Positions 35,293 through 43,950 of a stretch of 43,950 bases of DNA are shown piece by piece. Both the position numbers and the translations under genes were made by a program. The stretch is taken from the IMG/VR virus record IMGVR_UViG_3300012041_000032, positions 1 to 43,950 of that record. One strand, given 5' to 3'. The stretch is from a virus. Its lineage: Duplodnaviria; Caudoviricetes. Position 1 is the first letter of the stretch; each line of letters starts with the position of its first letter. The notes below the pieces were generated by a model that made no database searches, had not been told where the DNA came from, and worked only from the letters and a program-made list of their open reading frames with translations.

Positions 35293-35528
35293 GCCTCAAT
35301 GCAGGCACGGTGCTGGCCCGGCTCACGGAGTTGGGGCACGACACCAGCATCACCAAGCAGGTGTACCGCTCGGAAATCAACGGGCAGACCTGCGTGGTTT
35401 ACGACCCGAACTCGCTCGCGGAAGTCTCCGTCCGGGCGAGCCAGGTAGACCACTACGTCGGCAAAGGCTTCCTCGTGGAGCTTCCTGCCGCCGAAGTCGA
35501 GGCCCCGGCCAAGAAAGGGGCGAAGTAA
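35289..35528 (+). CDS. Hypothetical protein
   Basis: AGGAG RBS, ATGA overlap. Confidence 0.7.
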   Translation: MSLNAGTVLARLTELGHDTSITKQVYRSEINGQTCVVYDPNSLAEVSVRASQVDHYVGKGFLVELPAAEVEAPAKKGAK

Positions 35529-36191
35529 ATGACGACCCAGCCAGTCAGTCTCTACGGCACGCGCCGCGGCGGAACCGGCGATGACAGCATCATCGACCAG
35601 CTCCGCACGACCGAAGACCGCGACCTCCTGGTTGCGTTGGGCGCTCCGCCCTACATGGAGTTCTCGCGTCGCTACGAACATCTGAGCGCCATGAACACGT
35701 CGGCTCTCGCGGCTCTTGTCGTGCGGCCGTCCACCACGGCGAACTTTACGATCTTCAACAACGAAGCGGCCGGCGGGAAGTCCTACGTGATGGACCGCAT
35801 GTTCGCCTTCAACCTCGTGACCACGGCGGCACAGGCGAAGCAGGGTATGTGGTATTGTGTCCACAAGCCGGGCCTCGCCTCGCCGACCAACGACATCACC
35901 GCTCGCGCATCCGGGCGCGGCAACGGGGCCGTCGTCACCACCAGGTCCGTTGCCGACACGGCGATGGTCGTTGTGGATGACGGCTGGTTCCCTGCCGGCA
36001 ACTGGTCGGATGTCGAGCCGACCGGCGTGCTTCCGGGCGCGATCATGGAGCACAAATTCGAGGGGCGAGTCATCGTTCCCCCGCAGTGCGGTATCTCCGG
36101 CCAGGTCATCTCCGGCGTGGTGGGCAACACCTTCACGATGGGCTTCTCCTGGTGGGAAATCCCGGCGGCCAAGATCACGCTTGACGCGTAG
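35529..36191 (+). CDS. Putative virion structural protein
   Basis: Beta-rich, ends FSWWE; late operon. Confidence 0.65.
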   Translation: MTTQPVSLYGTRRGGTGDDSIIDQLRTTEDRDLLVALGAPPYMEFSRRYEHLSAMNTSALAALVVRPSTTANFTIFNNEAAGGKSYVMDRMFAFNLVTTAAQAKQGMWYCVHKPGLASPTNDITARASGRGNGAVVTTRSVADTAMVVVDDGWFPAGNWSDVEPTGVLPGAIMEHKFEGRVIVPPQCGISGQVISGVVGNTFTMGFSWWEIPAAKITLDA

Positions 36192-36198
36192 TAGCTGA

Positions 36199-36222
36199 GG
36201 GGGCCGGGCGACCGGCCCTTTT
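36199..36222 (+). terminator. Intrinsic terminator candidate
   Basis: GGGCCGG-GCGA-CCGGCCC-TTTT. Confidence 0.65.
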
Positions 36223-36237
36223 CGGAAAGGCAATCCC

Positions 36238-36603
36238 ATGCCGTATCCAGCGGGCTTTCGGGCCAACAGACAGGGCTTTACTCCCGGCACCAAGACCGTC
36301 ACGCAGCAAACGAACCGCGCGACCGGGGTAACTCTCGACGCTCTGAACGGCACAATCGTCACGAACAACGCCTCGCTCGCGGCGGAAGTGTCGGCAGTGT
36401 TCACCGTCACGAACGCGGAAGTGGACATCGGCGATGTCATTGTGCTCGCGATTCGCTCGGGCATGGTGGGGCTGAACACGAGCGTCAGCGTCACGACAGT
36501 CGCGGCCGGGTCGTTCGCCATCACCGTCACCAACGGAAACGCCGCGGCGGGCGCTGCGGAAACCGGCGCCATCATCATCAACTTCGCCGTGATCAAGGCG
36601 TAG
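36238..36603 (+). CDS. Putative head fibre/decoration protein
   Basis: TVTQQTNRATGVTL...GSFAITVTN...IINFAVIK; Thr/Val/Ala-rich. Confidence 0.65.
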   Translation: MPYPAGFRANRQGFTPGTKTVTQQTNRATGVTLDALNGTIVTNNASLAAEVSAVFTVTNAEVDIGDVIVLAIRSGMVGLNTSVSVTTVAAGSFAITVTNGNAAAGAAETGAIIINFAVIKA

Positions 36604-36605
36604 GA

Positions 36606-36836
36606 GTGGGCATGTTCAAGAAGCGCAAGATACGGAAGATCCTCGGCGGGCCGGAGTCGGCGGACGCTTTCATTGAGAAATGGGAGGCGCTGGCGGCGGG
36701 TGAGAGGCCCACCCCGGACACCTTCTGTCTGCTTTGCGGGACGGACATCTATCCCCACTCCCACTCCGAACTCCAGATAGCCCAGCGCCGAGGCCACATC
36801 AAGGCGCACATCGAAGCGGGCATCAAGCTCGCGTAA
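36606..36836 (+). CDS. Small zinc-binding protein
   Basis: CLLC...H...H. Confidence 0.6.
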   Translation: MGMFKKRKIRKILGGPESADAFIEKWEALAAGERPTPDTFCLLCGTDIYPHSHSELQIAQRRGHIKAHIEAGIKLA

Positions 36837-36847
36837 GGAGGCCCGAC

Positions 36848-37753
36848 GTGGCTGTTTTGAGTTACGTAACGGTTGCGACGGCGCTGGAAGCGTTCGATGG
36901 CGCTGAGCACTCTTCGGAGGCCCAGCAGTACCTCAACTCCATCGGCGGCGACACCGTGGTCATTCCCGGCTCCGGCGCGGTCGTACCGGCTTCGCAGGCG
37001 CTCGTCCACAAGCGGAAGCACGCGCTGGACCGGACGATTCGCGACGGCCCCGATGCTTTCCCGGCGCGGCTGAACCTGACGCGGGAGTCGCTGCGGAACG
37101 ATGAGATGCGCGTGACGCTGCCAGCGTTCGCGTACGACGCGACCCTTGGGGTTGACTTGATCACCACGCCCGCCGACCTCTACAGCGCACTCGCGGCTGC
37201 GGATGGGCAGGAGTTGGCCGCGCTGCAAGCCTCACTTGGCAACGTCAAGGCGCGGATTTGGGATCTGTATGCCAATTACATCGCTGTCCCAGCGCGCGAC
37301 TACCTGTACTACTACGCCAAGGGATTCTATTGGAGCGAAGTCATCGACGGCGAATATATCGACCTCTCGGGGACTGGAGAGGCGTGCTCCGAGACGGAGA
37401 TCATCACTGGTGGGCAGACTGCCATCCTTACGCTGTCGGGTGGCTTCACATGGGCGGCCGAGGGGGCAACTTTCAACGCGCTCCGGCAGGGCTTCATTGA
37501 TGCGATCTCGCCGGGCGGAGTCCAGGCAAACGGGTTCGAGGTAGAGGTCATCCCGTTGATGGCCGTAGGCGATGTGGTCCGCACATCCGACACAGTTGTC
37601 ACCATCACCTTCCCCGCCGCCGCCGGCTACTCCATCGAAGGCGACCCCGAAAGCTGCGACATCTACGTCCCGCCCAAGGCCATCATCACGCCGCCTGGCG
37701 GTGCTGTGCAGATCCTCCGCCTCGCCGGCGCCGTCACTGTAACCCCCGACTAA
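36848..37753 (+). CDS. Putative virion structural protein
   Basis: AAGGAGG RBS before GTG; beta-rich C-terminal domain. Confidence 0.65.
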   Translation: MAVLSYVTVATALEAFDGAEHSSEAQQYLNSIGGDTVVIPGSGAVVPASQALVHKRKHALDRTIRDGPDAFPARLNLTRESLRNDEMRVTLPAFAYDATLGVDLITTPADLYSALAAADGQELAALQASLGNVKARIWDLYANYIAVPARDYLYYYAKGFYWSEVIDGEYIDLSGTGEACSETEIITGGQTAILTLSGGFTWAAEGATFNALRQGFIDAISPGGVQANGFEVEVIPLMAVGDVVRTSDTVVTITFPAAAGYSIEGDPESCDIYVPPKAIITPPGGAVQILRLAGAVTVTPD

Positions 37754-37764
37754 AAGGAGCTTCC

Positions 37765-38796
37765 ATGCCCACTGCAACCCCCGTTTCTCCTGCCGACATG
37801 CGCTCAATCATCGACCCGATGGATGCCCTCGGGATGGAGGACGAATATCGCCGCTCACAGGAGGACGCGGCGGGCGGAGTGACAACCGCCGCCGATGTCA
37901 TGGGCATCCCGCGCGGCATCGACCAGGACGTTCTCGACGGCTTCGAGGGCGAAATCTTCGAGGACAAGCAGCCGATGCCGATGCCCGAGGGGATTATCAG
38001 CGAGTTCCGGCTGTCCAAGGGCGTCCACCCTGACAGCGAGCTTGCCTATGCCCCGGAGGAAATGGTCGGCGGCTCGGCGAACCACGAGCGCCGGATTGTG
38101 TTCGACTGCCAGGGGCGCCGGGTGGAAGTCCAGTTCGCGAAGCTGCGGCACTACCTGACGAAGCCGTGCGCGGAGCCAAAGCACAACCACCGGGCGTTCT
38201 ACGCGACGGTTGAACAGTCCGTGCGGTACGGCGGTGCGAACCCGCCGGCGGAACCGTCCATCCCGTGCCGGCTTGCCCCACGCTGTACCAAGATGTTCAG
38301 TTCGATTGCGAACCGGGACGACCACTTCCGCAACCGCCATCAGAACAGCTTTCGCCAGCACACCGAAGGGCGCCGGATCGAGAACGAGGATTCGCAGCTG
38401 GCGACCAACGCGGCGATGCTCAAGGTGCTCACGAAGATGGCGGAAGCCCAGGGCGTCGTCGTGGATGACACGGGCGAGCCGGATGATGAGATGCCGGAAG
38501 GCGGCTATACCGCTATCGGGGTGCCCTTCGATGGTTCGGCGCTCTTCCAGCAGGCCCGGACACACGCGGCTCCGGCGGCCAAGAAGCCCGCTGCCAAGGC
38601 CAAGCCCGCGAAGAAAGCCCGTGCCGTGCCGACGAAAGCCCCGCGCCCGGAAGGGACTCCGGCGGAAGGCTGGAAGGTCTACCACATCACGGACTGGCTG
38701 GCTGAGAACGGCCATCCGCTGCCGAAACAGACGTTCCCGCCGATGAAGCTGGGCGACGTGCTGGCCTACGCACAGGGATTCGTCCCGAAGGAGTAG
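37765..38796 (+). CDS. C2H2 zinc-finger-containing protein
   Basis: C-X5-C-X3-F-X8-H-X4-H (CRLAPRCTKMFSSIANRDDHFRNRH); AKKP-rich linker. Confidence 0.7.
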   Translation: MPTATPVSPADMRSIIDPMDALGMEDEYRRSQEDAAGGVTTAADVMGIPRGIDQDVLDGFEGEIFEDKQPMPMPEGIISEFRLSKGVHPDSELAYAPEEMVGGSANHERRIVFDCQGRRVEVQFAKLRHYLTKPCAEPKHNHRAFYATVEQSVRYGGANPPAEPSIPCRLAPRCTKMFSSIANRDDHFRNRHQNSFRQHTEGRRIENEDSQLATNAAMLKVLTKMAEAQGVVVDDTGEPDDEMPEGGYTAIGVPFDGSALFQQARTHAAPAAKKPAAKAKPAKKARAVPTKAPRPEGTPAEGWKVYHITDWLAENGHPLPKQTFPPMKLGDVLAYAQGFVPKE

Positions 38797-38799
38797 CGG

Positions 38800-39459
38800 A
38801 TGGCGACGATTCTCCGCAAGGGACTGATCCACGTCCGCAAGACGATCGCTTTCGACGGATCTGCCGGGAACGGCGCTGTTGGGACGGTCTTGGTGTTCAC
38901 CATCACGGGCCGCGTGGCCGTCCAGTGGGTGAGTGCGCAGTGTACGGAGAACATCGTGGACGCCGGGGGCGGAACCCCCGCCGTAATGGCGATGGGCGTC
39001 GTCGACGGCGAGTCGTGGATTTACTCACAGTTAGAACCCGATGGCCTGCCGTCCGGTTCCTTTTGGACTACCATCGGTGGCTGGTCGGTAGCCGCGGGCA
39101 TGGTTCCCTACACGATCGGGGACTCCTTCACCGGTAGTGGCCCGCTCGCGATTGTCGGAAACGTCATCATCACTGTTGAAAACGAAGCGATTACCGACGG
39201 CACGCTTGTCATCGACTTCTGGTACTTCCCCATGACCGACGACGGGGCGCTCGCGGGCGACGACTCCGACGAGGGCGCAATCGACGGGTACGACCTCGAA
39301 GAAGCGATGCGGATTGTGCTGGCGGCGCTGGCGGGGAAGGTGAGCGGCGCGGAGAGCAATGAGCCCGTGTTCCGTTCGGCCGACGACGCGAAGGACCGCA
39401 TCACGGCGACCACCACGGCGGCGGGAAACCGGACTGCCGTGACGCTGGACGGTAGCTAG
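38800..39459 (+). CDS. Putative virion structural protein
   Basis: Beta-rich; C-terminal AALAGKVSG...RITAT...GNRTAVTLD. Confidence 0.65.
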   Translation: MATILRKGLIHVRKTIAFDGSAGNGAVGTVLVFTITGRVAVQWVSAQCTENIVDAGGGTPAVMAMGVVDGESWIYSQLEPDGLPSGSFWTTIGGWSVAAGMVPYTIGDSFTGSGPLAIVGNVIITVENEAITDGTLVIDFWYFPMTDDGALAGDDSDEGAIDGYDLEEAMRIVLAALAGKVSGAESNEPVFRSADDAKDRITATTTAAGNRTAVTLDGS

Positions 39460-39663
39460 ATGTTCTTCGGGAGCGCCTACTTCAATCCGGGCTACTTCGC
39501 CATCGGCTACTTCGTCGCGGTGCAAACCCGAGTCGGCGCTACACCGAAAGCGGGAACGAGTGCTATTCTTCCCACACCAAAAGCAGGTTACGCCCTCAAC
39601 ACGCCAGTCCCGAAAGCGGGCGGCGGGACGGATCGGAACCAGCGACCACTACCAGGCAATTAG
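39460..39663 (+). CDS. Small protein (FxxxYF repeats, PKAG x3)
   Basis: Abuts the previous stop; internal repeats. Confidence 0.6.
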   Translation: MFFGSAYFNPGYFAIGYFVAVQTRVGATPKAGTSAILPTPKAGYALNTPVPKAGGGTDRNQRPLPGN

Positions 39664-39678
39664 CCTCGGGAGTCCGCT

Positions 39679-40899
39679 GTGGCCGAAGCGAATGTTTCCC
39701 TAACCGTCGTTGACCCCGACAAACTCATGTCGGCGACCACTTCGCCGTATGGGTTCGCGGCAGCTTCCATCAAGCTCTATCGCTACACGACAGAGGCGCT
39801 GGCGCGTGCCGCGACTTCGGCCTCTCCGGGCGGCACGCTCGCCACTACGTTTACGCTAGTAGCGTCCACGACCACACCGGCAGACCCGGACATCGCGGGG
39901 CCGTACCGCTTCGGCTATTACGATTCCTCCCAGGGCGCGGGCAGTTGGTATCGGTATTTCATCCAGGACTCGGGCGGCTCGAACCTCTCGCCGATGTCGG
40001 ACCCGTGGGAAGCCGATAACCGGCCTACATGGAAGCTCCGCGACATCCTCTTTGAAGTCGGCTCCGCGATGGGCGAATCGGTGCTCAAGGGCGTTGCCGC
40101 CTCGAACTCCACGGCGGGACTGGTGGACTGCGACCCGCTGTTCAAGACGACCTTTCAAGACGCCCGCTTCCACGAAGGCTGGTGGCTGTTGTGCTCCGAG
40201 GATCAGGCCGGCGCTTCTGCCGCACCAGAGGGCGAAGAGGGCCGCATTGACTCCGTAGCGGTGTCCACGGGCATTGCGACGCTGGAACGCGACCTGAGCG
40301 CCGCCGTGACGACGGGCGACACCATCCTCATCTCCGCCTTCACATCGTTCGCTTCGATGATCCGGGCGATTAACCGGGCGCGGGAGCGCATGAAGATGCT
40401 CGTGACTCACGACATCGCGCTCACCAAGAACGAGAACAAGTACCCCGCGCCCTACGGCGTGCGGTCGGAGTCGGACATCATCGACGCGGTTGGCGTGATG
40501 GTTGACCCGGCGACCTACTCGAACCGCGAAACCGAGTACGAAATCCCCATCCGCATCGAGTTCGACGGCTTCCGGGGATGGATCTACGTCGATGCCGACA
40601 TTCCCCTCTCGTCCATCCTGCGCGTCCGCATGGAGCGTTCCTACCGGGATGTCGAAGGGAATCTCACGCTGATGGCGGATTCCACCCAGGCCCCGATTGA
40701 GTGGCTTCGGCCGGCGGCGGCGTATGCGATCTCCGAAATGCTGGCGGATGACGACCCCGACAACGCGGCGTTCGGCCAGATGGTCGGCCGCTGGCGGGAA
40801 GAGGCTTCGCGGGCGAGTGGGGCCTATGCCCCGGAGATTGTGCGGAAGATCCGCCGGCGCTCGCCGACGCTGCCCGGTCCGGTAGGTGCGCCGTGGTAG
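39679..40899 (+). CDS. Putative head-tail adaptor (tail tubular A-like)
   Basis: Position; RAINRA and AAAYA helical bundle pattern. Confidence 0.55.
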   Translation: MAEANVSLTVVDPDKLMSATTSPYGFAAASIKLYRYTTEALARAATSASPGGTLATTFTLVASTTTPADPDIAGPYRFGYYDSSQGAGSWYRYFIQDSGGSNLSPMSDPWEADNRPTWKLRDILFEVGSAMGESVLKGVAASNSTAGLVDCDPLFKTTFQDARFHEGWWLLCSEDQAGASAAPEGEEGRIDSVAVSTGIATLERDLSAAVTTGDTILISAFTSFASMIRAINRARERMKMLVTHDIALTKNENKYPAPYGVRSESDIIDAVGVMVDPATYSNRETEYEIPIRIEFDGFRGWIYVDADIPLSSILRVRMERSYRDVEGNLTLMADSTQAPIEWLRPAAAYAISEMLADDDPDNAAFGQMVGRWREEASRASGAYAPEIVRKIRRRSPTLPGPVGAPW

Positions 40900-41093
40900 C
40901 ACTCATGGGGCTAACGGCACCGGAGATGAAGAGCAACGAACGGCTCATCACGGATGAGGGCCGCCTTATGCCGATGGTGGCGATTACGTTCGCGTGCCAG
41001 CACAAGGCGCTCGTGTCAGTTCACCCCCATGCGTGGAACTTCTCGTTCTGGTCGCCGTTCGTTTGCCGTGGCTGCCGGAGCATCGAACCGTGA
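40893..41093 (+). CDS. Small zinc-ribbon protein
   Basis: FACQH...CRGC; overlaps both neighbours. Confidence 0.55.
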   Translation: MVALMGLTAPEMKSNERLITDEGRLMPMVAITFACQHKALVSVHPHAWNFSFWSPFVCRGCRSIEP

Positions 41094-42976
41094 GCGTGCG
41101 CCAGGGCCAGCCGGCCGACAGCGACCTCATCATCGACAGCGTTTCGTACCCTCTGGACGATACGGCAGGGGCCGACCCGCCCCACATCATGCGCGTGGTG
41201 GCGACCCAGCCGGGCGACTCCAACCAGGAGTTCGAGCGGCGCATCGAAAACCTCGCGCAAGGCTTCGGGAACTCCCGCTACATCCGCGCCGGCGGCTATG
41301 ACTACGCGGACACGGCGAACCTCCACAAGCGCCTGAGCTTCCTGCCCGGCGCGGCGGTGACATCGCGCCTCGGGGCACTCACGGCGCCGACTGACCCCGG
41401 TGGATTCGCGGAGTATTGGGACGGCACGGTTGCGAACCGGCGGCTCATCATCATCGCGGGCGCGCGGGCCTATGAAGTGCAGGCCAACGGGACCATCAAC
41501 GAATACAGCCTTGCGGCGCTCGTTGGCTCCGGCAAGGCGCGGATTGCCAAGCGGTACAAGGCCCCGACTGCGATGACGGTGCCGAAGATGTACATATCGG
41601 TCCAGGGCGGCGGCGCTACGGACTACATGATCGAGCGCACGTCGGCGGGCACGTATGCCGAGATAGCCGGGAACCTGCGGGCGGTCGCGGTCGCCACGGT
41701 GAAGGACTCGAACGGCGACGATGTGTTTGCGCGCGTGACTGAGGCCGGGAAGCTGAACCTCACGACAGCGGACACGGACCCCAGCCTGCTCGCATCGTGG
41801 GCGGCTTCGGAATACTCCATCGGCGAACACTCGGCACTGGTCAACGACATCGTGCAACAGGGGCGCTCCATCATCATCGGGCGGGCGGATGGCGCGTTCA
41901 CGTTCGACTCCCTGACCAACGCCGTGCCGATTACGCGAGGGATGGAACAGACCCCCCACGACGACAACTTCAAGTGGTTCAAGGACTTCAACGGCCTGGT
42001 GCTGGCCCCTACCGCCGCGGGCCTCGTCTATATCGACGGCCTCGATTGGGACGTGTGCGGGCCAATTTCGAGCAATGAGGACGCGCGCAACCTGCGGGGC
42101 ACGGAGACGGCGGTTTCCTCCCAGGCGGGCGCGTACCTCTACTCGGCGGTGTACGACGGCTCCGCGACCTCCTACATCTTCCTCGGGACGCCTCGGCGGG
42201 ATGAGGGCACGGGGCACGGGCCGTTTGTGTGGCACGGGCCTATCGCGAGCGTGTCGGGCAAGGTCGTTGACCTCTTCGTCTCGACCGTATGGGGCCGGAA
42301 GCTGTGGCTTCTCACGGCGACCGCGTTCTCCACGATTGAGCTGGCGGTGGACTTTTCGCCGGCCACGGATGCCACGAGCGGGAACATCTACCTACCCGAA
42401 GGCGTGTTCGACATGGACGGCGGACCGGGCGTCATCAAGGACTTCCGCAAGGTGGAGTTCATCGCTCCGGCGGCGCGGCCCTTTTCGGCCACGAATGCAT
42501 GGACGCTTTCGATGGAAACCACTCCTGGCGGCGGCTCCTATGTCGATGTCGATGGCGGTGCGACAGGTTCGGGCGATGGAGTGGTGGGTTCGCGATACTG
42601 GACGACGGAAACGAGCGGGAAGCGGCTGCGCGGACGGATTGAGTACAGCGGCAACTCGGGCGGCACGGCGGAGCTTGAAGCGGTGGTAGTGCGCGGCACG
42701 ATGCGCCCGGAGACGACCGACGAACACGAGTTCCGGCTGCTCCTGGCGGACGGCGAACGCACCCCGCGCGGCGTTCGGACAGGAGCCACGGCTTCGGCTG
42801 CCTACGATGTGCTGCGCGGCTTGGTCGATAGTGGGCGCAAGACGACCATCACTTATGGCGAAGCGAGCTTCCAGGCGCGGGTGACGAGCATTCGTGAAGT
42901 GCCGGTGAAACCCGCTCGCGGGGGCGCTCCGAAGCGGGCGATCTCCCTGACCGTGCGGCGGATGGTGCTGGCGTGA
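41090..42976 (+). CDS. Putative tail nozzle/stabilisation protein (beta-propeller-like)
   Basis: 628 aa, beta-rich, late IKDFRKVEF motif; lies between adaptor and fibre. Confidence 0.6.
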   Translation: MSVRQGQPADSDLIIDSVSYPLDDTAGADPPHIMRVVATQPGDSNQEFERRIENLAQGFGNSRYIRAGGYDYADTANLHKRLSFLPGAAVTSRLGALTAPTDPGGFAEYWDGTVANRRLIIIAGARAYEVQANGTINEYSLAALVGSGKARIAKRYKAPTAMTVPKMYISVQGGGATDYMIERTSAGTYAEIAGNLRAVAVATVKDSNGDDVFARVTEAGKLNLTTADTDPSLLASWAASEYSIGEHSALVNDIVQQGRSIIIGRADGAFTFDSLTNAVPITRGMEQTPHDDNFKWFKDFNGLVLAPTAAGLVYIDGLDWDVCGPISSNEDARNLRGTETAVSSQAGAYLYSAVYDGSATSYIFLGTPRRDEGTGHGPFVWHGPIASVSGKVVDLFVSTVWGRKLWLLTATAFSTIELAVDFSPATDATSGNIYLPEGVFDMDGGPGVIKDFRKVEFIAPAARPFSATNAWTLSMETTPGGGSYVDVDGGATGSGDGVVGSRYWTTETSGKRLRGRIEYSGNSGGTAELEAVVVRGTMRPETTDEHEFRLLLADGERTPRGVRTGATASAAYDVLRGLVDSGRKTTITYGEASFQARVTSIREVPVKPARGGAPKRAISLTVRRMVLA

Positions 42977-43950
42977 GCGAAATCGTCATCACGCAGACCG
43001 AATTGGCGGACATCTCCGAGGACATCGTGCGGCGGCTGGCCCCGCGTTCGACCGCGGCGGAAGTGGAGCGCATTCGGCGGAAGCTGCGGGAAGTCGCGAG
43101 CGGCGTCCAACTGAACCAGGCGCTCACCCAAATCCTCAACACGACCACGGAGTCGAACACGGCGACGTTGGAGGCGATCGAGACGATCGCGGAGTTCCTT
43201 GAGCAGATTGCCAGCCTCGGCGAGTTCGGCATCCAGTGGCCGTTCAACAACGCTTCCGTCACCGACCTCACGGTTGCGGCTCCGGCTAACCTCTCGCTGA
43301 CCGACGGCGTGGCGATGTACCGGGACGTGACGGTCAATAGCACCCTTACCGTGACCTCCAGTCCGGCGTTCCTGTTCTGCCGCAACCTCGTGCTTGGGGC
43401 CTCGGGGATTATCTCTGCCGATGGGGTTGGCGCGGCGGGCGGGGCGGCCGCTACAGGCCCAGCGGGGACAGTCGGCGAAACCGGAGATACTGGCTCCGGG
43501 CAGGTTGTCGGGAATGACCAGAATGGCACGGTCGGCACCGCAGGGAATGCCGGACAGAACGGCTACTACGGCGGGGACGCCCTGCACGGCATCGCCACTG
43601 GCGGCTCGGGGGGCGGTGGCGGTGGCACCCAGCACGCGGGCGACGGTGGTAGCGGCAGCGGGGGTGGCTCCACGGGAGGGGTAGCGGGCGGGGACAACAC
43701 TGGCGGAGCGGGAGGCGACGGTGGAGATTCGGGAAGCACAACAGCCCTTGCCGGACCATCGGGCGGTACGGCAGGCGCCGTCCTTGGCGGCAATGGCGGC
43801 GCCGGGACGGCCGGTTCGCGAACGCATCTCCTGAGCGTCTTGGGGTTGCTTATCAGCTACTACCTCGCCCAGCGCGGCGGCAGTGGTGGCGGTGGCGGCG
43901 GCTCGGGCGCTGGTGGCCCTGGTGGTGGCGCTGGCGGCGGCGATGGCGTG
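42973..43950 (+). CDS. Glycine-rich tail-fibre-like protein (3' truncated, not in ORF track)
   Basis: GTG overlapping the previous stop; open to window end; FLFCRNLVLGASGIISADG then GGxGG runs. Confidence 0.75.
   Translation, partial: MSEIVITQTELADISEDIVRRLAPRSTAAEVERIRRKLREVASGVQLNQALTQILNTTTESNTATLEAIETIAEFLEQIASLGEFGIQWPFNNASVTDLTVAAPANLSLTDGVAMYRDVTVNSTLTVTSSPAFLFCRNLVLGASGIISADGVGAAGGAAATGPAGTVGETGDTGSGQVVGNDQNGTVGTAGNAGQNGYYGGDALHGIATGGSGGGGGGTQHAGDGGSGSGGGSTGGVAGGDNTGGAGGDGGDSGSTTALAGPSGGTAGAVLGGNGGAGTAGSRTHLLSVLGLLISYYLAQRGGSGGGGGGSGAGGPGGGAGGGDGV

Noticed and set aside
32864-36809. 648-aa and 511-aa minus-strand ORFs
   Set aside because: Shadow frames of capsid-region genes.
42973-43950. 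Diversity-generating retroelement target or PE-PGRS gene
   Set aside because: No reverse transcriptase or template repeat in the window and no PE domain; the glycine runs fit a tail fibre.

Overview
Near-complete genome (~44 kb, high GC) of a temperate, podovirus-like tailed phage. The window starts inside the endolysin and runs off inside a glycine-rich tail-fibre-like gene. Gene order: lysis (amidase, holin); tyrosine integrase with an intact attP (3' 34 nt of a tRNA-Val, so this looks like the excised/virion form); XRE repressor and Cro-like switch; early recombination/replication operon (PD-(D/E)XK nuclease, J-domain protein, Bet, primase-helicase); two DNA methyltransferases; HNH, HTH and RusA; a leftward operon of small genes; terS, terL, portal; an inverted block of three large putative ejection proteins; scaffold, capsid and short-tail genes. 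The most unusual region is 10009-12910. There the two methyltransferases form tandem cassettes with shared left (25 bp) and right (22 bp) ends joined at a GG, and removing both restores an intact ORF. One methyltransferase carries an antisense HNH gene with its own promoter inside an open reading frame. The other is a two-frame (alpha/beta) C5 enzyme with tandem WxTP repeats and a G8 tract. Other signals: a dispersed TCTTGGGGTA motif, two hammerhead-like elements, a leader RNA with competing pairings, an iteron-like cluster and a duplicated small zinc-finger gene. All functional calls come from motifs read by eye; no database search was run.
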